64,000 bases of DNA from Elusimicrobiota bacterium (lineage in GTDB: Bacteria; Elusimicrobiota; Elusimicrobia; UBA1565; UBA9628). The notes beneath the pieces were generated by a model that did no database searches, had not been told where the DNA came from, and was given only the letters and a program-made list of their open reading frames with translations. A program made the translations under genes and the position numbers. The stretch is taken from positions 1,853 to 65,852 of the forward strand of contig JBIOJO010000013.1 in the NCBI GenBank assembly GCA_044450965.1, in the 5' to 3' direction. Positions 28,554 to 37,886 of this stretch are shown here, piece by piece (the stretch's first letter is position 1; the number at the start of each line of letters is the position of its first letter).

Positions 28554-29479
28554 GGCGTCCAAAACCTCTCGCCCAGGTAGCGCTCCCCGGCGTCCGGAAA
28601 AACGGTGGCGACGACGGCCTCGCGGCCCTGCTCGGCCAGGTCCCGGCCGAGACGCACGGCCGCGGCCAGGTTCGCGCCGCCCGAGGGTCCCAGCAGGATG
28701 CCGCCGCGCCGCGCCAGAACGCGCGCGGCCGTCTGGGCTTCCTCGGTGGAGACCTCGATTTTGGAGTCCGCCACGGCCATGTCGTAGATGGCGGGGACGA
28801 TGGACGTGTCCATGTGCTTGAGGCCTTCCAGTCCGTGCATGGGGCCGTCGGGCTCCATGGAGACCAGGCGGATGTCGGGGTTCAGTTCGCGCAGGCGCCG
28901 ACCGGCGCCCACGAAGGTGCCGCTGGTGCCCAGGCCCGCGACGAAGTGGGTGACCTTGCCGCCGGTTTGAGCGAAGATCTCCGGAGCCGTCGTCTCGTAG
29001 TGCGCGCGCCACGTCATGGGGTTCGAGTACTGGTCGGCGTAGTAATAGCGGTCGGGCTCGGCCTTCATCATCAGCCGGACTTCGCGGATGGCGCCGTCGG
29101 ATCCTTCGAGGGGGTCGGTGAACAACAGCTCGACGCCGTACGCCTCCAGGATGGCGCGGCGGTGCTTGGAGATGGAGCCGGGAACCGCGAGGCTGACCTT
29201 GCGTCCCAGGCGCGCGCCGATCCACGCGTAGGCGATGCCGGTGTTGCCCGAGGAGGAGTCCAGCAGGATTCGGTCCTTGTCGAGCTTCCCGGTCGCGAGC
29301 GCGTCGCGGAAGATGAACCAGCCGGCCCGGTCCTTGATTGAGCCGCCGGGGTTGTGCCACTCGGCCTTGCCCATCACGCGGACTTTCTCGCCCAGCTCCG
29401 GGAACGCGAACGATACGTCGAGGAGGGGGGTGTCGCCGACCTTCACGTCGGGGAATACGGCGGGGGAGGCGGTCGGCAT
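28550..29479 (-). CDS. cysM: cysteine synthase CysM-type (PLP-dependent, thiocarboxylate-using)
   Basis: PLP lysine motif GGSIKDRAG, SSGNTG, GLGTSGT glycine loop. Confidence 0.85.
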   Translation of the reverse strand: MPTASPAVFPDVKVGDTPLLDVSFAFPELGEKVRVMGKAEWHNPGGSIKDRAGWFIFRDALATGKLDKDRILLDSSSGNTGIAYAWIGARLGRKVSLAVPGSISKHRRAILEAYGVELLFTDPLEGSDGAIREVRLMMKAEPDRYYYADQYSNPMTWRAHYETTAPEIFAQTGGKVTHFVAGLGTSGTFVGAGRRLRELNPDIRLVSMEPDGPMHGLEGLKHMDTSIVPAIYDMAVADSKIEVSTEEAQTAARVLARRGGILLGPSGGANLAAAVRLGRDLAEQGREAVVATVFPDAGERYLGERFWTP

Positions 29480-29485
29480 CGGGTC

Positions 29486-29514
29486 CAGTATATGATACCT
29501 GACCTATTTGGTCA
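29486..29514 (-). promoter_or_regulatory. Candidate sigma70 promoter for the cysM operon with an inverted repeat across the -35
   Basis: On the minus strand TTGACC-17nt-TATACT; TGACCaaataGGTCA palindrome overlaps the -35. Confidence 0.4.
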
Positions 29515-29536
29515 AGATTGACGGCCGCTCATCACG

Positions 29537-30868
29537 TTAATCGCGTGGGAGCCGGTTCACATGCATGTCGATGGTGTCCGCTTCGAAGTTGTAGCTGTCG
29601 CGGCGCCAGATGTTGACGAACATGTAGGCCATCGGGAGGTACATCGCGGCGAAAGCGACGAGCTTGGCGGAATTGGGCCAGTGCGAGACGCCGATGGCGG
29701 CCATTCCCGCCATGCCGGCGAAAAATCCGATCATGCCCCGGAAGGCGTTCCTCTGATATCCCTTCTGGGCCGCGGCCTTGATCGCCTTCATCTCTTCCCA
29801 TCCGGGCATGGCGTCGCCGCCTCCGATGATCCAGCCGGTGAGCCAGGCGTGGTCGGACGACGCGTACCGAGTGCGGTCGATGGCCGAGCCGTAGAACTTC
29901 TCGACTTTGAGGACGTCCGTTCCGCGCGCGGCGCCCATTTCGAAGCGCGCGAGCGCCGCCTTCAGCTTCGGGTTTTCGCTGTAGGCCGCCCGGGCGCGGT
30001 CCGCGTGCATGTCCAGGAACTCGGCGATCTTCGTCGTCCCGGAGCGGGTCTCCGGGGATTCCTCATATTCCTTGGTCAAGGCTTCGGCGATATCGGGCTG
30101 GCGGAGGGCGGCCTTGAGGATCTCCGTCTGGCGAATGGTCCACGGACCGGGCGCGGCGCGGCCCAGGCTTTCCAGGCGGGCGCGATACAGCTCGGTGAGG
30201 GTCTGGTAGCGCTTCTCGGGCGCCTCGTCGGCGGCGTGCCAGCCGTCGGCGTCGCGGGCGATGATGTTCGTCCCGTCGAATTCCCCGGCGGCTATTTTCC
30301 CGGGCAGGTCATGAATGAACGCGTCGATCAGCTCCGAGCGTTTCGTCTCGTAGGCCTTCACCGATGCGACCGCCGCGGCGACTTGTTCGGCGCGCTCGGG
30401 CGACAGGTACAGGGCGATTCCGGCCGCGTTGGCGGTCTTGTGCGAGGCGTTCTGATAGGTCCCAATGCGGACGGGTTCCGCGACGGAGGCCAGGGCCTCG
30501 TCCGCGACGGCGGCGGCGTGGGCCTCGGCCGGGACGGCGGCGCGCGACAGGACCGCGAGTTTTTCGGCGGTGGGGAGAGCGGCGAAAGTCTGGGGCGTGA
30601 GGCCCTGCGCCTGGATCGCGTCGGTCAGCGGCGTGAGGGCTTGCGGGGCGGAGACGAAGGGGAGGCGGCCGCCGGCGTCGGGAGAGCTCAGCGCGGTCAG
30701 CGACGTGTATCCCAATCCCGCGACGCGATCCGAGCCCGCCGCGGTGACGGCCGCGGCCATGGGGCCAACCCAGGCCCCGGCCTCCGCGGCGGCGCCGGCG
30801 ACGACCTGGGCGCGGGCGGAGACGGAAAGGATCAGGAGCGCGGCGAGAGGAGACAGGAGTTTCACCAT
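29537..30868 (-). CDS. hypothetical secreted Ala-rich protein with a C-terminal membrane anchor
   Basis: Signal peptide MVKLLSPLAALLILSVSARA; C-terminal hydrophobic segment. Confidence 0.4.
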   Translation of the reverse strand: MVKLLSPLAALLILSVSARAQVVAGAAAEAGAWVGPMAAAVTAAGSDRVAGLGYTSLTALSSPDAGGRLPFVSAPQALTPLTDAIQAQGLTPQTFAALPTAEKLAVLSRAAVPAEAHAAAVADEALASVAEPVRIGTYQNASHKTANAAGIALYLSPERAEQVAAAVASVKAYETKRSELIDAFIHDLPGKIAAGEFDGTNIIARDADGWHAADEAPEKRYQTLTELYRARLESLGRAAPGPWTIRQTEILKAALRQPDIAEALTKEYEESPETRSGTTKIAEFLDMHADRARAAYSENPKLKAALARFEMGAARGTDVLKVEKFYGSAIDRTRYASSDHAWLTGWIIGGGDAMPGWEEMKAIKAAAQKGYQRNAFRGMIGFFAGMAGMAAIGVSHWPNSAKLVAFAAMYLPMAYMFVNIWRRDSYNFEADTIDMHVNRLPRD

Positions 30869-30955
30869 GGAGACAGTGTAGCTCCACGGCGGTTTCCCGC
30901 CGAGTGTCCTAAGACCCAAACGCCTCGGGTCTTGGGTCCCAGCCCCGCTTGGGCG

Positions 30956-33046
30956 CTAGGCCTTTTTCGGCGGCTCGCCGGAGTCCTGAGGGACCAGGCG
31001 CATGCCGGAGCCCATCAGGCTGGCCATGAACGCGGACAGCATGTTCGCGCTGCCGCCGCCGTTGCCGTCGCCGCCCACCATGATGTCGGGGGTGATCTTG
31101 ACCTTGCCGTCGGAGACGCGCTTCATGACCTCAATCATGGCCAGCGGTCCTTGACCGACGGCGGCGGCCTGGCGGACGTACGCCTCCGCGGTGGCCTGTC
31201 CGATGGCCAGGATCTTCTCGCCTTCGGCCTTGCCGACGGCCGCGATGCCGGCCGCGATGCCTTCCTGCTCCAGGCGCGTGGACTGGCTGCGCCCTTCGGC
31301 CGTGATGATGGCGCTTTGCTTGGACTGGGTGGCGATCTGGACGTCGATCTCGGCCTTCACCAGCTGGGGCTGGAGGTCGGCCTGGGCCTTGGTCTTCTCC
31401 ATCTCGCGGCGGCGCGCCTCGGCTTCCTGCTGGGAGTCGAACATGGACATCTGCTGGGCGGCCACGACTTTGTTGGTGAGCGTCTGCATCAGGCGCTCGG
31501 GCAGCACGATCTGGCAGATCAGGACGGACACGCACTCGACGTGGTACTTGGTGAGCTCCTCGACGATGTGCTCCTCGGCCTTGCGCTGTTCCTCATGCCG
31601 GTCCTGCATGAACTTCATGGCTTCGGACGACGAGGCCTGGTTGCGGAAGGAGGAGTCGATCAGCGGATGGACGACGTGCTCGATCAGGTTGTCGATGGTG
31701 CCGATGCGCGCCAGCATGTGCGGCGCCTGCTCGGGCAGGACGCGCAGGATGACCTTGACCTCGACCGTCATCTCGAAGCCGTCCTTGGAGACGATGGCCA
31801 GCGGGTTGAACGCGCGCTCGCCGCGCTGGGATTTTTCCTCGGCCCAGTCGATGGTGACGTTGGTGGTGGGGATGATATGCGGAGTGTAGGCCAGCTTATT
31901 GAGGTAGTAGGTGCCGGGTCCCAGCACTTCGCGCTGGATGCCGCGGTAGCCGGAGTCCACGACGTAGCGTTCGATGCCGTCCTTGAGCCGGTCCTCGGGC
32001 CTGGCGTTGGGGGAACCCGCAGCGGCGCCGATGGCGGCCGGATCCTTGCCGATGTTGGAGACGATGACCGAGACCTCGCCGCGCTCGACCTGGAGCACGT
32101 TGTCCAAAGTGGCGTCGAACATCAGCGGGTTGATGTAGTAGGTGCCGGGCTTCAGGAAATCCAACTGCGGTCCGCGCTGTCCGGCCGCCGCCAAGAACGC
32201 GGCGCCGTCCTGGAAATCCTTGTGGCCGGCGACGGCCTTGGCCACGTACTCGGACGGGGGCAGGGGTTCGCCGTCGCGCGCGGTCACCATGCCGACCTTC
32301 TGGGCGGGGATGAGGATGGCGTCGCGCATCTCCACCTGGAACAGCGCGGTGTTGACGCGGTAGGAGCCGGGGAGCAGGATGTCGATCTGCGGCCCCTTCT
32401 GTCCGTTCTTGGCGAGGAAGGCCTCGCCGTTCTGGAAGTTCTCGTGGCCGGGGACGCTGCGGCCGAGCAGGCGCCCGGAGGAGATGGGCTGGCCATCGGT
32501 GGCGACGACGACGCCGATCTTGTTGTTGGGGATGCGCAGGGCGGGCTTCTTGGTGATCTTGAAGAGATACGGGTTCACGCGGTAGGTGCCGGGCGGCAGG
32601 ATCTGGACCTGCGGGCCCTTCTCGCCGCCGCCGGTCAGGAAGGCCTCTCCGTCCTGGAACAGGTTGTGGTTGTCCAGCGCCTTGCCGAAGATCCGTCCCG
32701 GAGGCACCGGGGCGCCGTCGATGGATTCGACGAGTCCGATCTCGTTCTCGGCGATCATGACCATGCCCTGCTTCTCGGTGCTGTAAAGGAAAGGAGTCAG
32801 CAGGTGCAGGCCCGGGCCGAGGATGCGGGCCTGGATGCCGACCTCGCTGGCCATGGCGACAACGCGGCCTTCCGGCATGCCGCGCCCGAACCAGCGCCGT
32901 TCCAGCACCGCGATCTGGGTGCCGCCGATGATGACGATGGAGTTGTAAAGGAAGACGACGACGGCGAAGAAGCCCAGGACCAGCAAGGCGGGGCCGAATT
33001 CGACGCTGATGCCGAGCGTGGCGAGGACGGGGGCGAGGGGATTCAT
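30956..33046 (-). CDS. flotillin-like SPFH/band-7 protein (YqiK family) with five internal repeats in the N-terminal extension
   Basis: N-terminal TM; repeated G(E/A)AFL..G.(K/R)GPQ..L.PG.YR(V/I)N units; SPFH domain and long Ala/Glu-rich coiled coil. Confidence 0.7.
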   Translation of the reverse strand: MNPLAPVLATLGISVEFGPALLVLGFFAVVVFLYNSIVIIGGTQIAVLERRWFGRGMPEGRVVAMASEVGIQARILGPGLHLLTPFLYSTEKQGMVMIAENEIGLVESIDGAPVPPGRIFGKALDNHNLFQDGEAFLTGGGEKGPQVQILPPGTYRVNPYLFKITKKPALRIPNNKIGVVVATDGQPISSGRLLGRSVPGHENFQNGEAFLAKNGQKGPQIDILLPGSYRVNTALFQVEMRDAILIPAQKVGMVTARDGEPLPPSEYVAKAVAGHKDFQDGAAFLAAAGQRGPQLDFLKPGTYYINPLMFDATLDNVLQVERGEVSVIVSNIGKDPAAIGAAAGSPNARPEDRLKDGIERYVVDSGYRGIQREVLGPGTYYLNKLAYTPHIIPTTNVTIDWAEEKSQRGERAFNPLAIVSKDGFEMTVEVKVILRVLPEQAPHMLARIGTIDNLIEHVVHPLIDSSFRNQASSSEAMKFMQDRHEEQRKAEEHIVEELTKYHVECVSVLICQIVLPERLMQTLTNKVVAAQQMSMFDSQQEAEARRREMEKTKAQADLQPQLVKAEIDVQIATQSKQSAIITAEGRSQSTRLEQEGIAAGIAAVGKAEGEKILAIGQATAEAYVRQAAAVGQGPLAMIEVMKRVSDGKVKITPDIMVGGDGNGGGSANMLSAFMASLMGSGMRLVPQDSGEPPKKA

Positions 33047-33188
33047 GGACGACCTCCTAAGATGGGGCCCGACGCCCCAATACTAGGAAGTCGTTACTTT
33101 TGTAAGCAAGGCCTATGAGGGCCCCTCTTCATGGCGGGCCATGGAACAAAATCGAGGGGCAAACCGTATGATAGAGAGGCCTTGACGA

Positions 33189-33509
33189 ATGAACAATATA
33201 CGATTATCCTATATTCATAGTCACCAGATAGACATGGCAAAACTCCTCGCCGTCTCTCCCGTCGGGAAGAACGGACAGACCGTGGTTCCGTCGAAGATCC
33301 GCCGGCTGTTCAAGCTGGAGGAAGGGCGGGCTCTCGTCGGCTTCTATCTAGACGGCGACCGCGTCGAACTGGCGCCGATCTCGATCGTGCGTGAGAAGCT
33401 CGATTATACGGAAGCCGAGTTGGATCATCTGGAGCGCTTGGGAAAAGCGCGGCGCGGAAAGTCGTTCAAGAACGGTCGGAAAGCGAAGGCCCACCTCCGC
33501 ACCCTCTAA
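33189..33509 (+). CDS. AbrB/MazE/SpoVT-type antitoxin-like DNA-binding protein
   Basis: Swapped-hairpin motif VSPVGKNGQTVVPSKIRRLFKLEEG; AT-rich upstream region with a TTGACG promoter-like element. Confidence 0.5.
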   Translation: MNNIRLSYIHSHQIDMAKLLAVSPVGKNGQTVVPSKIRRLFKLEEGRALVGFYLDGDRVELAPISIVREKLDYTEAELDHLERLGKARRGKSFKNGRKAKAHLRTL

Positions 33510-33513
33510 CGGC

Positions 33514-33666
33514 GTGTTCGTCTCGTTCGCCCCTGCCTTCCTCAGGCAGATGAAGAAGCTCGATCCTCCGGTTAAGACGGCCGCCCGGTCCGCGGTTGAG
33601 AAAGTCATCGACTTCTATGAATCCGGCCGCCGTACGCCCGGCTTTTTAACGCGCCGGCGTTGTTAA
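33514..33666 (+). pseudogene. 3'-truncated RelE/ParE-like toxin gene fragment (about 50 codons)
   Basis: VFVSFAPAFLRQMKKLDPPVKTAARSAVEKVIDFYESGRRTPGF resembles a RelE/ParE N-terminal half; it stops where the convergent nrdB ends. Confidence 0.35.
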
Positions 33667-33668
33667 GG

Positions 33669-34667
33669 CTAGAACTCGTCGGTGAACGCGACGGCGCCGG
33701 TGACGCCGGTCTGGTACGCGGAGACGCGGCGCTCGAAGAAGTTCGCCAGCTCCTGCACGTCCTGGAGCTCCATGAAGTTGAACGGGTTCTTGGAGCCGTA
33801 GACGGGCTTGATGCCCAGGTTGCCCAGACGCTGGTCGGCGACGCACTGCAGGTACTGGCGCATGCCGTTGGCCGACAGCCCGGCGATGCCCAGGCCCAGA
33901 AGGTCCTCGGCGAAGGCCATCTCGCACTCGATGGCTTCCTTCATCATGGTGATCACGTCCTGCTCCATCTTGGGCGTGAACAAAGTCGGATCCTCGGCGC
34001 GGGCGGTCTTGATGATCTCCATGGCGGCGGCGATGTGCATGGACTCGTCGCGGAACACCCAGTTGGTGCCGCCGGCCAATCCGTTCAAGAGGCCCTTGGA
34101 CCGGAGGAAGTAGACGTACGCGAAGGCGGCGAAGAAGAACAGTCCTTCCACGCAGGAGGCGAAGCAGATCAGGTTCATCATGAACTGCCGCTTCTGGTCC
34201 TGGGTGTCCAGTCGGTCCAGGGAGTTGATCGAGTCGATCCACTTGAACATGAACTCGCCCTTCTTCTTGATGGACGGGATGTTCTCGATGGCGGAGAAGG
34301 CTTCCTCGCGGCCGGCCTGGTCGGGGATATAGGTGTCCAGCAAGGTCAGGTAGAACTCGACGTGGACGGCCTCCTCGAACAGCTGGCGGGACAGGTACAC
34401 GCGCGCCTCGGGGGAGTTCACGTGCTTGTAGAGGTTGAGCACCAGGTTGTTGCTGACGATGGAGTCGCCGGTGGCGAAGAACGCGACCAGGCGGTTGATC
34501 AGGTGGCGCTCGGCCGGGGTCAGCTTGGTCTTCAGGTCGGTGACGTCATGGGAGAAGTCCACTTCCTCGACGGTCCACGTGTTCTTGATGGCCGCCTTGT
34601 ACATCTCGAAGTACACGGGGTACTTCATGGGGCGCAGGGTCAAGTTGAAGCCGGGGTCGAGAATCAT
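33669..34667 (-). CDS. nrdB: ribonucleotide reductase class I beta subunit
   Basis: Diiron ligands EEAVHVEFY...ESMH, typical 332-aa length. Confidence 0.9.
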   Translation of the reverse strand: MILDPGFNLTLRPMKYPVYFEMYKAAIKNTWTVEEVDFSHDVTDLKTKLTPAERHLINRLVAFFATGDSIVSNNLVLNLYKHVNSPEARVYLSRQLFEEAVHVEFYLTLLDTYIPDQAGREEAFSAIENIPSIKKKGEFMFKWIDSINSLDRLDTQDQKRQFMMNLICFASCVEGLFFFAAFAYVYFLRSKGLLNGLAGGTNWVFRDESMHIAAAMEIIKTARAEDPTLFTPKMEQDVITMMKEAIECEMAFAEDLLGLGIAGLSANGMRQYLQCVADQRLGNLGIKPVYGSKNPFNFMELQDVQELANFFERRVSAYQTGVTGAVAFTDEF

Positions 34668-34714
34668 GGGAGTCTCCGTAGAAAAACGAACGGAAGAAAA
34701 AACGACGAAATCAT

Positions 34715-34747
34715 CCGGTGGGAGGCCCCTGAGGGGCCTCCCACCGG
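34715..34747 (-). terminator. Perfect 15-bp-stem hairpin between nrdA and nrdB (terminator/attenuator)
   Basis: CCGGTGGGAGGCCCC tga GGGGCCTCCCACCGG followed on the minus strand by a T-rich tract (TTTCGTCGTTTTTTCTT). Confidence 0.55.
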
Positions 34748-34759
34748 ATACGGGTTATC

Positions 34760-37180
34760 TTACTGGCAGGACTCGCAGCTCTCCGGGTTCTCCAGGGAGC
34801 AGGCGACCTTCTCCGCGTCAGTCGTCGCCGGCGTGGGAGCCGACGGCAACGGGGCGGCGGTCACCGTCGCGGTCACGGTCGTCTTCGCGATCTTCGTCGC
34901 GGGACGCGAGCGCAGGTAATACGTGGTCTTGAGCCCCTTCTTCCACGCGTACATGTACATGGAGGAGAGCTTGCCGATGTTCGGGCTCTCCATGAAGAGG
35001 TTCAGGGACTGGCTCTGGTCGATGAACGCGCCGCGGTCGGCGGCCATGTCGATCAGCGAGCGCTGAGGAACTTCCCAGACGGTGCGGAACATGGCCCGGA
35101 TGTTCTCCGGGATCTCGGCGATGTCCTGGATGGAGCCTTCGGCCATCTTGATGCGGTTGCGCATTTCCTCGTTCCACAGACCCAGCTTCTTGAGCTCCAG
35201 GCACAGGTACTTGTTGACCTGCAGGAACTCGCCGGACAAGGTCTCGCGCTTGAAGAGGTTCGAGATCTGCGGCTCGATGGCCTCGTAGGAGCCGACGATG
35301 GACGCGATCGTCGCCGTCGGCGCGATGGCCAGCAGCAGGGAGTTGCGCAGGCCCTTCTTGACCATCTCCGCGCGCAGCTTCTCCCACCGGGTCATGTCCG
35401 ACGGGGTCACGCCCCACAGCTCGAACTGGAACACGCCCTTCGCGGCCTTCGTCTCCGGGAAGGCCAGATGCGGGCCCTTCGCCCCGGAAAGCTCGACCGA
35501 CGCCGACAGCGCGTGGAAGTAGATTTCCTCGTTGATCTTCTTGGACAGCTCGCGCGCTTCCGGCGCGTCGAACGACAGCCCCATCTGGAAGAACGCGTCC
35601 TGCAGGCCCATCACGCCCAGGCCGACCGGCCGCCACTTCTTGTTGGAGTCCGCAGCGGCCTGCGTCGGGTAGAAGTTGATGTCCACGACGCGGTCCAGGT
35701 ACTTCACCGCGGTGCGGACGTTGGCCGCCAGCTTCACGAAGTCGAAGCGGCCGTCCTCCACGTACTTGCTCAGGTTGATCGAACCCAGGTTGCAGACGGC
35801 GGTCTCGCCCTGGGAGGTGACCTCGATGATCTCCGTGCACAGGTTCGACGAGTGCACGACGTTGGCCGGCGACCCGGTCTGGTTGGACTTGAGGTTGCTG
35901 GCGTCCTTGAAGTTCATCCAGCCGTTGCCCGTCTCGGCCAGGGACTTCATCATCTTCGCGTAGAGGTCGCGCGCCTTGACCTGGCGGGCGTACAGCTTCT
36001 TTTCCTCGCCTTCCAGGTACGCTTCCTCGAACGCCTTGCCGTACAGGTCGGTCAGCTGAGGCATCGTCTTCGGGTCGAACAGCGACCAGAGGGCGTCTTC
36101 CTCGACGCGCTGCATGAACAGGTCGGGGATCCAGTGGGCGAGGTGCAGGTTGTGCGCGCGCCGGGCGGCGTCGCCCGTGTTCTCGCGCAGTTCCAGGAAC
36201 TCCTCGATGTCGGGGTGCCACGTCTCCAGGTACACCGCGCAGGCGCCCTTGCGCTTGCCGCCCTGGTTGACCGCGACCACCGAGCTGTCGAGGGTCTTCA
36301 ACCACGGGATGATGCCGTTGGACTTCCCGTTCGTCGAGCGGATCAGCGAGCCGCGCGCGCGGATGCGGGAGTAAGACACGCCGATGCCGCCGGAGAACTT
36401 GGACAGAAGGGCGATGTCGGTGTAGCGGTTGTAGATGGCTTCCAGGTCGTCGATCGGGCTGTCCAGCAGGTAGCACGACGACATCTGCGGATGGCGCGTG
36501 CCCGAGTTGAACAGGGTCGGCGAGCTGGGCATGTGCTCGAAGCGGGAGATCAGGTTGTAGAACTCCACGGCTTCCTGCACGTTCTCGGCCAGGCCGCAGG
36601 CGACGCGCATGAAGAAGTACTGCGGGGTCTCCAGGACCTCGCGGCTCTCCGGGTTCTTCAGCAGGTAGCGGTCGTACACCGTGCGCAGGCCGAAGTACTC
36701 GAACAGCTCGTTGCGCTGGCTCTCGATCGCGTCGTTGAGCTTGCGCGCGTTGGTCGCCACGAACTGGCCGACCTTCTCGGACATCAGGCCGTGCCGCACG
36801 CCGGCGGAAATGGACTGCGAGAACGAATGGATGTCCTGGTTCTCGACTTCCTTGGCGATGTACGTCGACAAAAGACGAGCCGCGAGGCGCGAATACTCCG
36901 GCTCCTCGGCGATCAAAAGCGCCGAGGTCTGGATCGAAAGATTGTCGAGCTCCTTCGTGGTGGCGCCGTCGTACAGGCCGCCGATGGTTTTGGTGGCGAT
37001 CTTCAACACGTCCACGTTTTCAAGACCCTGGCCGCAGCGCGCGACGGCGCGCACGATCTTGTTGACGTCGACCGGTTCGAGGGAGCCGCTGCGCTTGCGC
37101 ACCTGCATGGTGGTGGCGTTCGCATCCTCGTTGTTCGTGCTGCTGGGGGTGACAGGCGTGGTTTGGGCAGCCGTGTTCAT
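34760..37180 (-). CDS. nrdA: ribonucleotide reductase class I alpha subunit
   Basis: N-terminal ATP-cone (VRKRSGSLEPVDVNKIVRAV), active-site NLCTEI, C-terminal CESCQ redox tail. Confidence 0.9.
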   Translation of the reverse strand: MNTAAQTTPVTPSSTNNEDANATTMQVRKRSGSLEPVDVNKIVRAVARCGQGLENVDVLKIATKTIGGLYDGATTKELDNLSIQTSALLIAEEPEYSRLAARLLSTYIAKEVENQDIHSFSQSISAGVRHGLMSEKVGQFVATNARKLNDAIESQRNELFEYFGLRTVYDRYLLKNPESREVLETPQYFFMRVACGLAENVQEAVEFYNLISRFEHMPSSPTLFNSGTRHPQMSSCYLLDSPIDDLEAIYNRYTDIALLSKFSGGIGVSYSRIRARGSLIRSTNGKSNGIIPWLKTLDSSVVAVNQGGKRKGACAVYLETWHPDIEEFLELRENTGDAARRAHNLHLAHWIPDLFMQRVEEDALWSLFDPKTMPQLTDLYGKAFEEAYLEGEEKKLYARQVKARDLYAKMMKSLAETGNGWMNFKDASNLKSNQTGSPANVVHSSNLCTEIIEVTSQGETAVCNLGSINLSKYVEDGRFDFVKLAANVRTAVKYLDRVVDINFYPTQAAADSNKKWRPVGLGVMGLQDAFFQMGLSFDAPEARELSKKINEEIYFHALSASVELSGAKGPHLAFPETKAAKGVFQFELWGVTPSDMTRWEKLRAEMVKKGLRNSLLLAIAPTATIASIVGSYEAIEPQISNLFKRETLSGEFLQVNKYLCLELKKLGLWNEEMRNRIKMAEGSIQDIAEIPENIRAMFRTVWEVPQRSLIDMAADRGAFIDQSQSLNLFMESPNIGKLSSMYMYAWKKGLKTTYYLRSRPATKIAKTTVTATVTAAPLPSAPTPATTDAEKVACSLENPESCESCQ

Positions 37181-37325
37181 CCTTTCCTCCGTGAATTTTG
37201 TAGCGTTCTTCTGCTCGGATCCGCGGCGCGGCCCGCGCGCGTTTTCGAGCAGGGGACTAGAATAACCGATGGGATTATTTTTGTAAAGACCCAGGTGGAC
37301 ACCCAGGATTGATGAGAGGTTTCAA

Positions 37326-37886
37326 GTGTTGTTGAGTGCTGTATTCTACATTGCGACTATTGTCATTTCAGGCTGCGCGAAGGCTCCGCCGCCGCTGCGC
37401 GCGCTTCCGGACTTTTCCCTGACCGCCGTCACCGTGGACGGGACCTCTCCGCTGGACCTGCGCGCGCTGCGCGGCCGCGCGTGGATCGCCGATTTCGTGT
37501 ACACGAGCTGCGCCGGACCGTGCCCCATGCTCAGCGCGAACATGGCGTCGCTTCAAAAGCGCCTGCCGAAATCCGTCGGGCTTCTGTCGTTCACCGTGGA
37601 TCCGGACCACGATTCGCCGGAAGTGCTGACCGTCTACGCGCGCAAGTTCGCCGCCGATCCGCAGAGGTGGTTTTTCGTCACGGGCGACAAGCCCGTGCTG
37701 GTGAAATTATTCCGGGACGGCTTCCAGATCGCCGTCGCCGAAAGCGCGGACGCGCCCCAAGGCCAGAACGTCGCGCACACGACCAAGTTCGTCCTGATCG
37801 ACGGCGACGGACGCATCCGGGGCTATTACGACGGCGACGACGCCGCCTCGCTGGACAAGCTCGCGGCCGACTCGTCGCGTCTTTAG
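37326..37886 (+). CDS. SCO1/SenC copper chaperone (thioredoxin fold), lipoprotein
   Basis: CxxxCP motif YTSCAGPCPM; lipobox VISGCAK. Confidence 0.8.
   Translation: MLLSAVFYIATIVISGCAKAPPPLRALPDFSLTAVTVDGTSPLDLRALRGRAWIADFVYTSCAGPCPMLSANMASLQKRLPKSVGLLSFTVDPDHDSPEVLTVYARKFAADPQRWFFVTGDKPVLVKLFRDGFQIAVAESADAPQGQNVAHTTKFVLIDGDGRIRGYYDGDDAASLDKLAADSSRL

Noticed and set aside
29561-33118. 1185-aa plus-strand ORF
   Set aside because: Antisense to the secreted protein gene and the flotillin gene; GC-frame artefact without motifs.
37181-37325. Search for an NrdR box or riboswitch upstream of nrdA
   Set aside because: No 16-bp NrdR-type palindrome or conserved riboswitch core recognised; only a weak CCCAGGTGGACACCCAGG pseudo-repeat.
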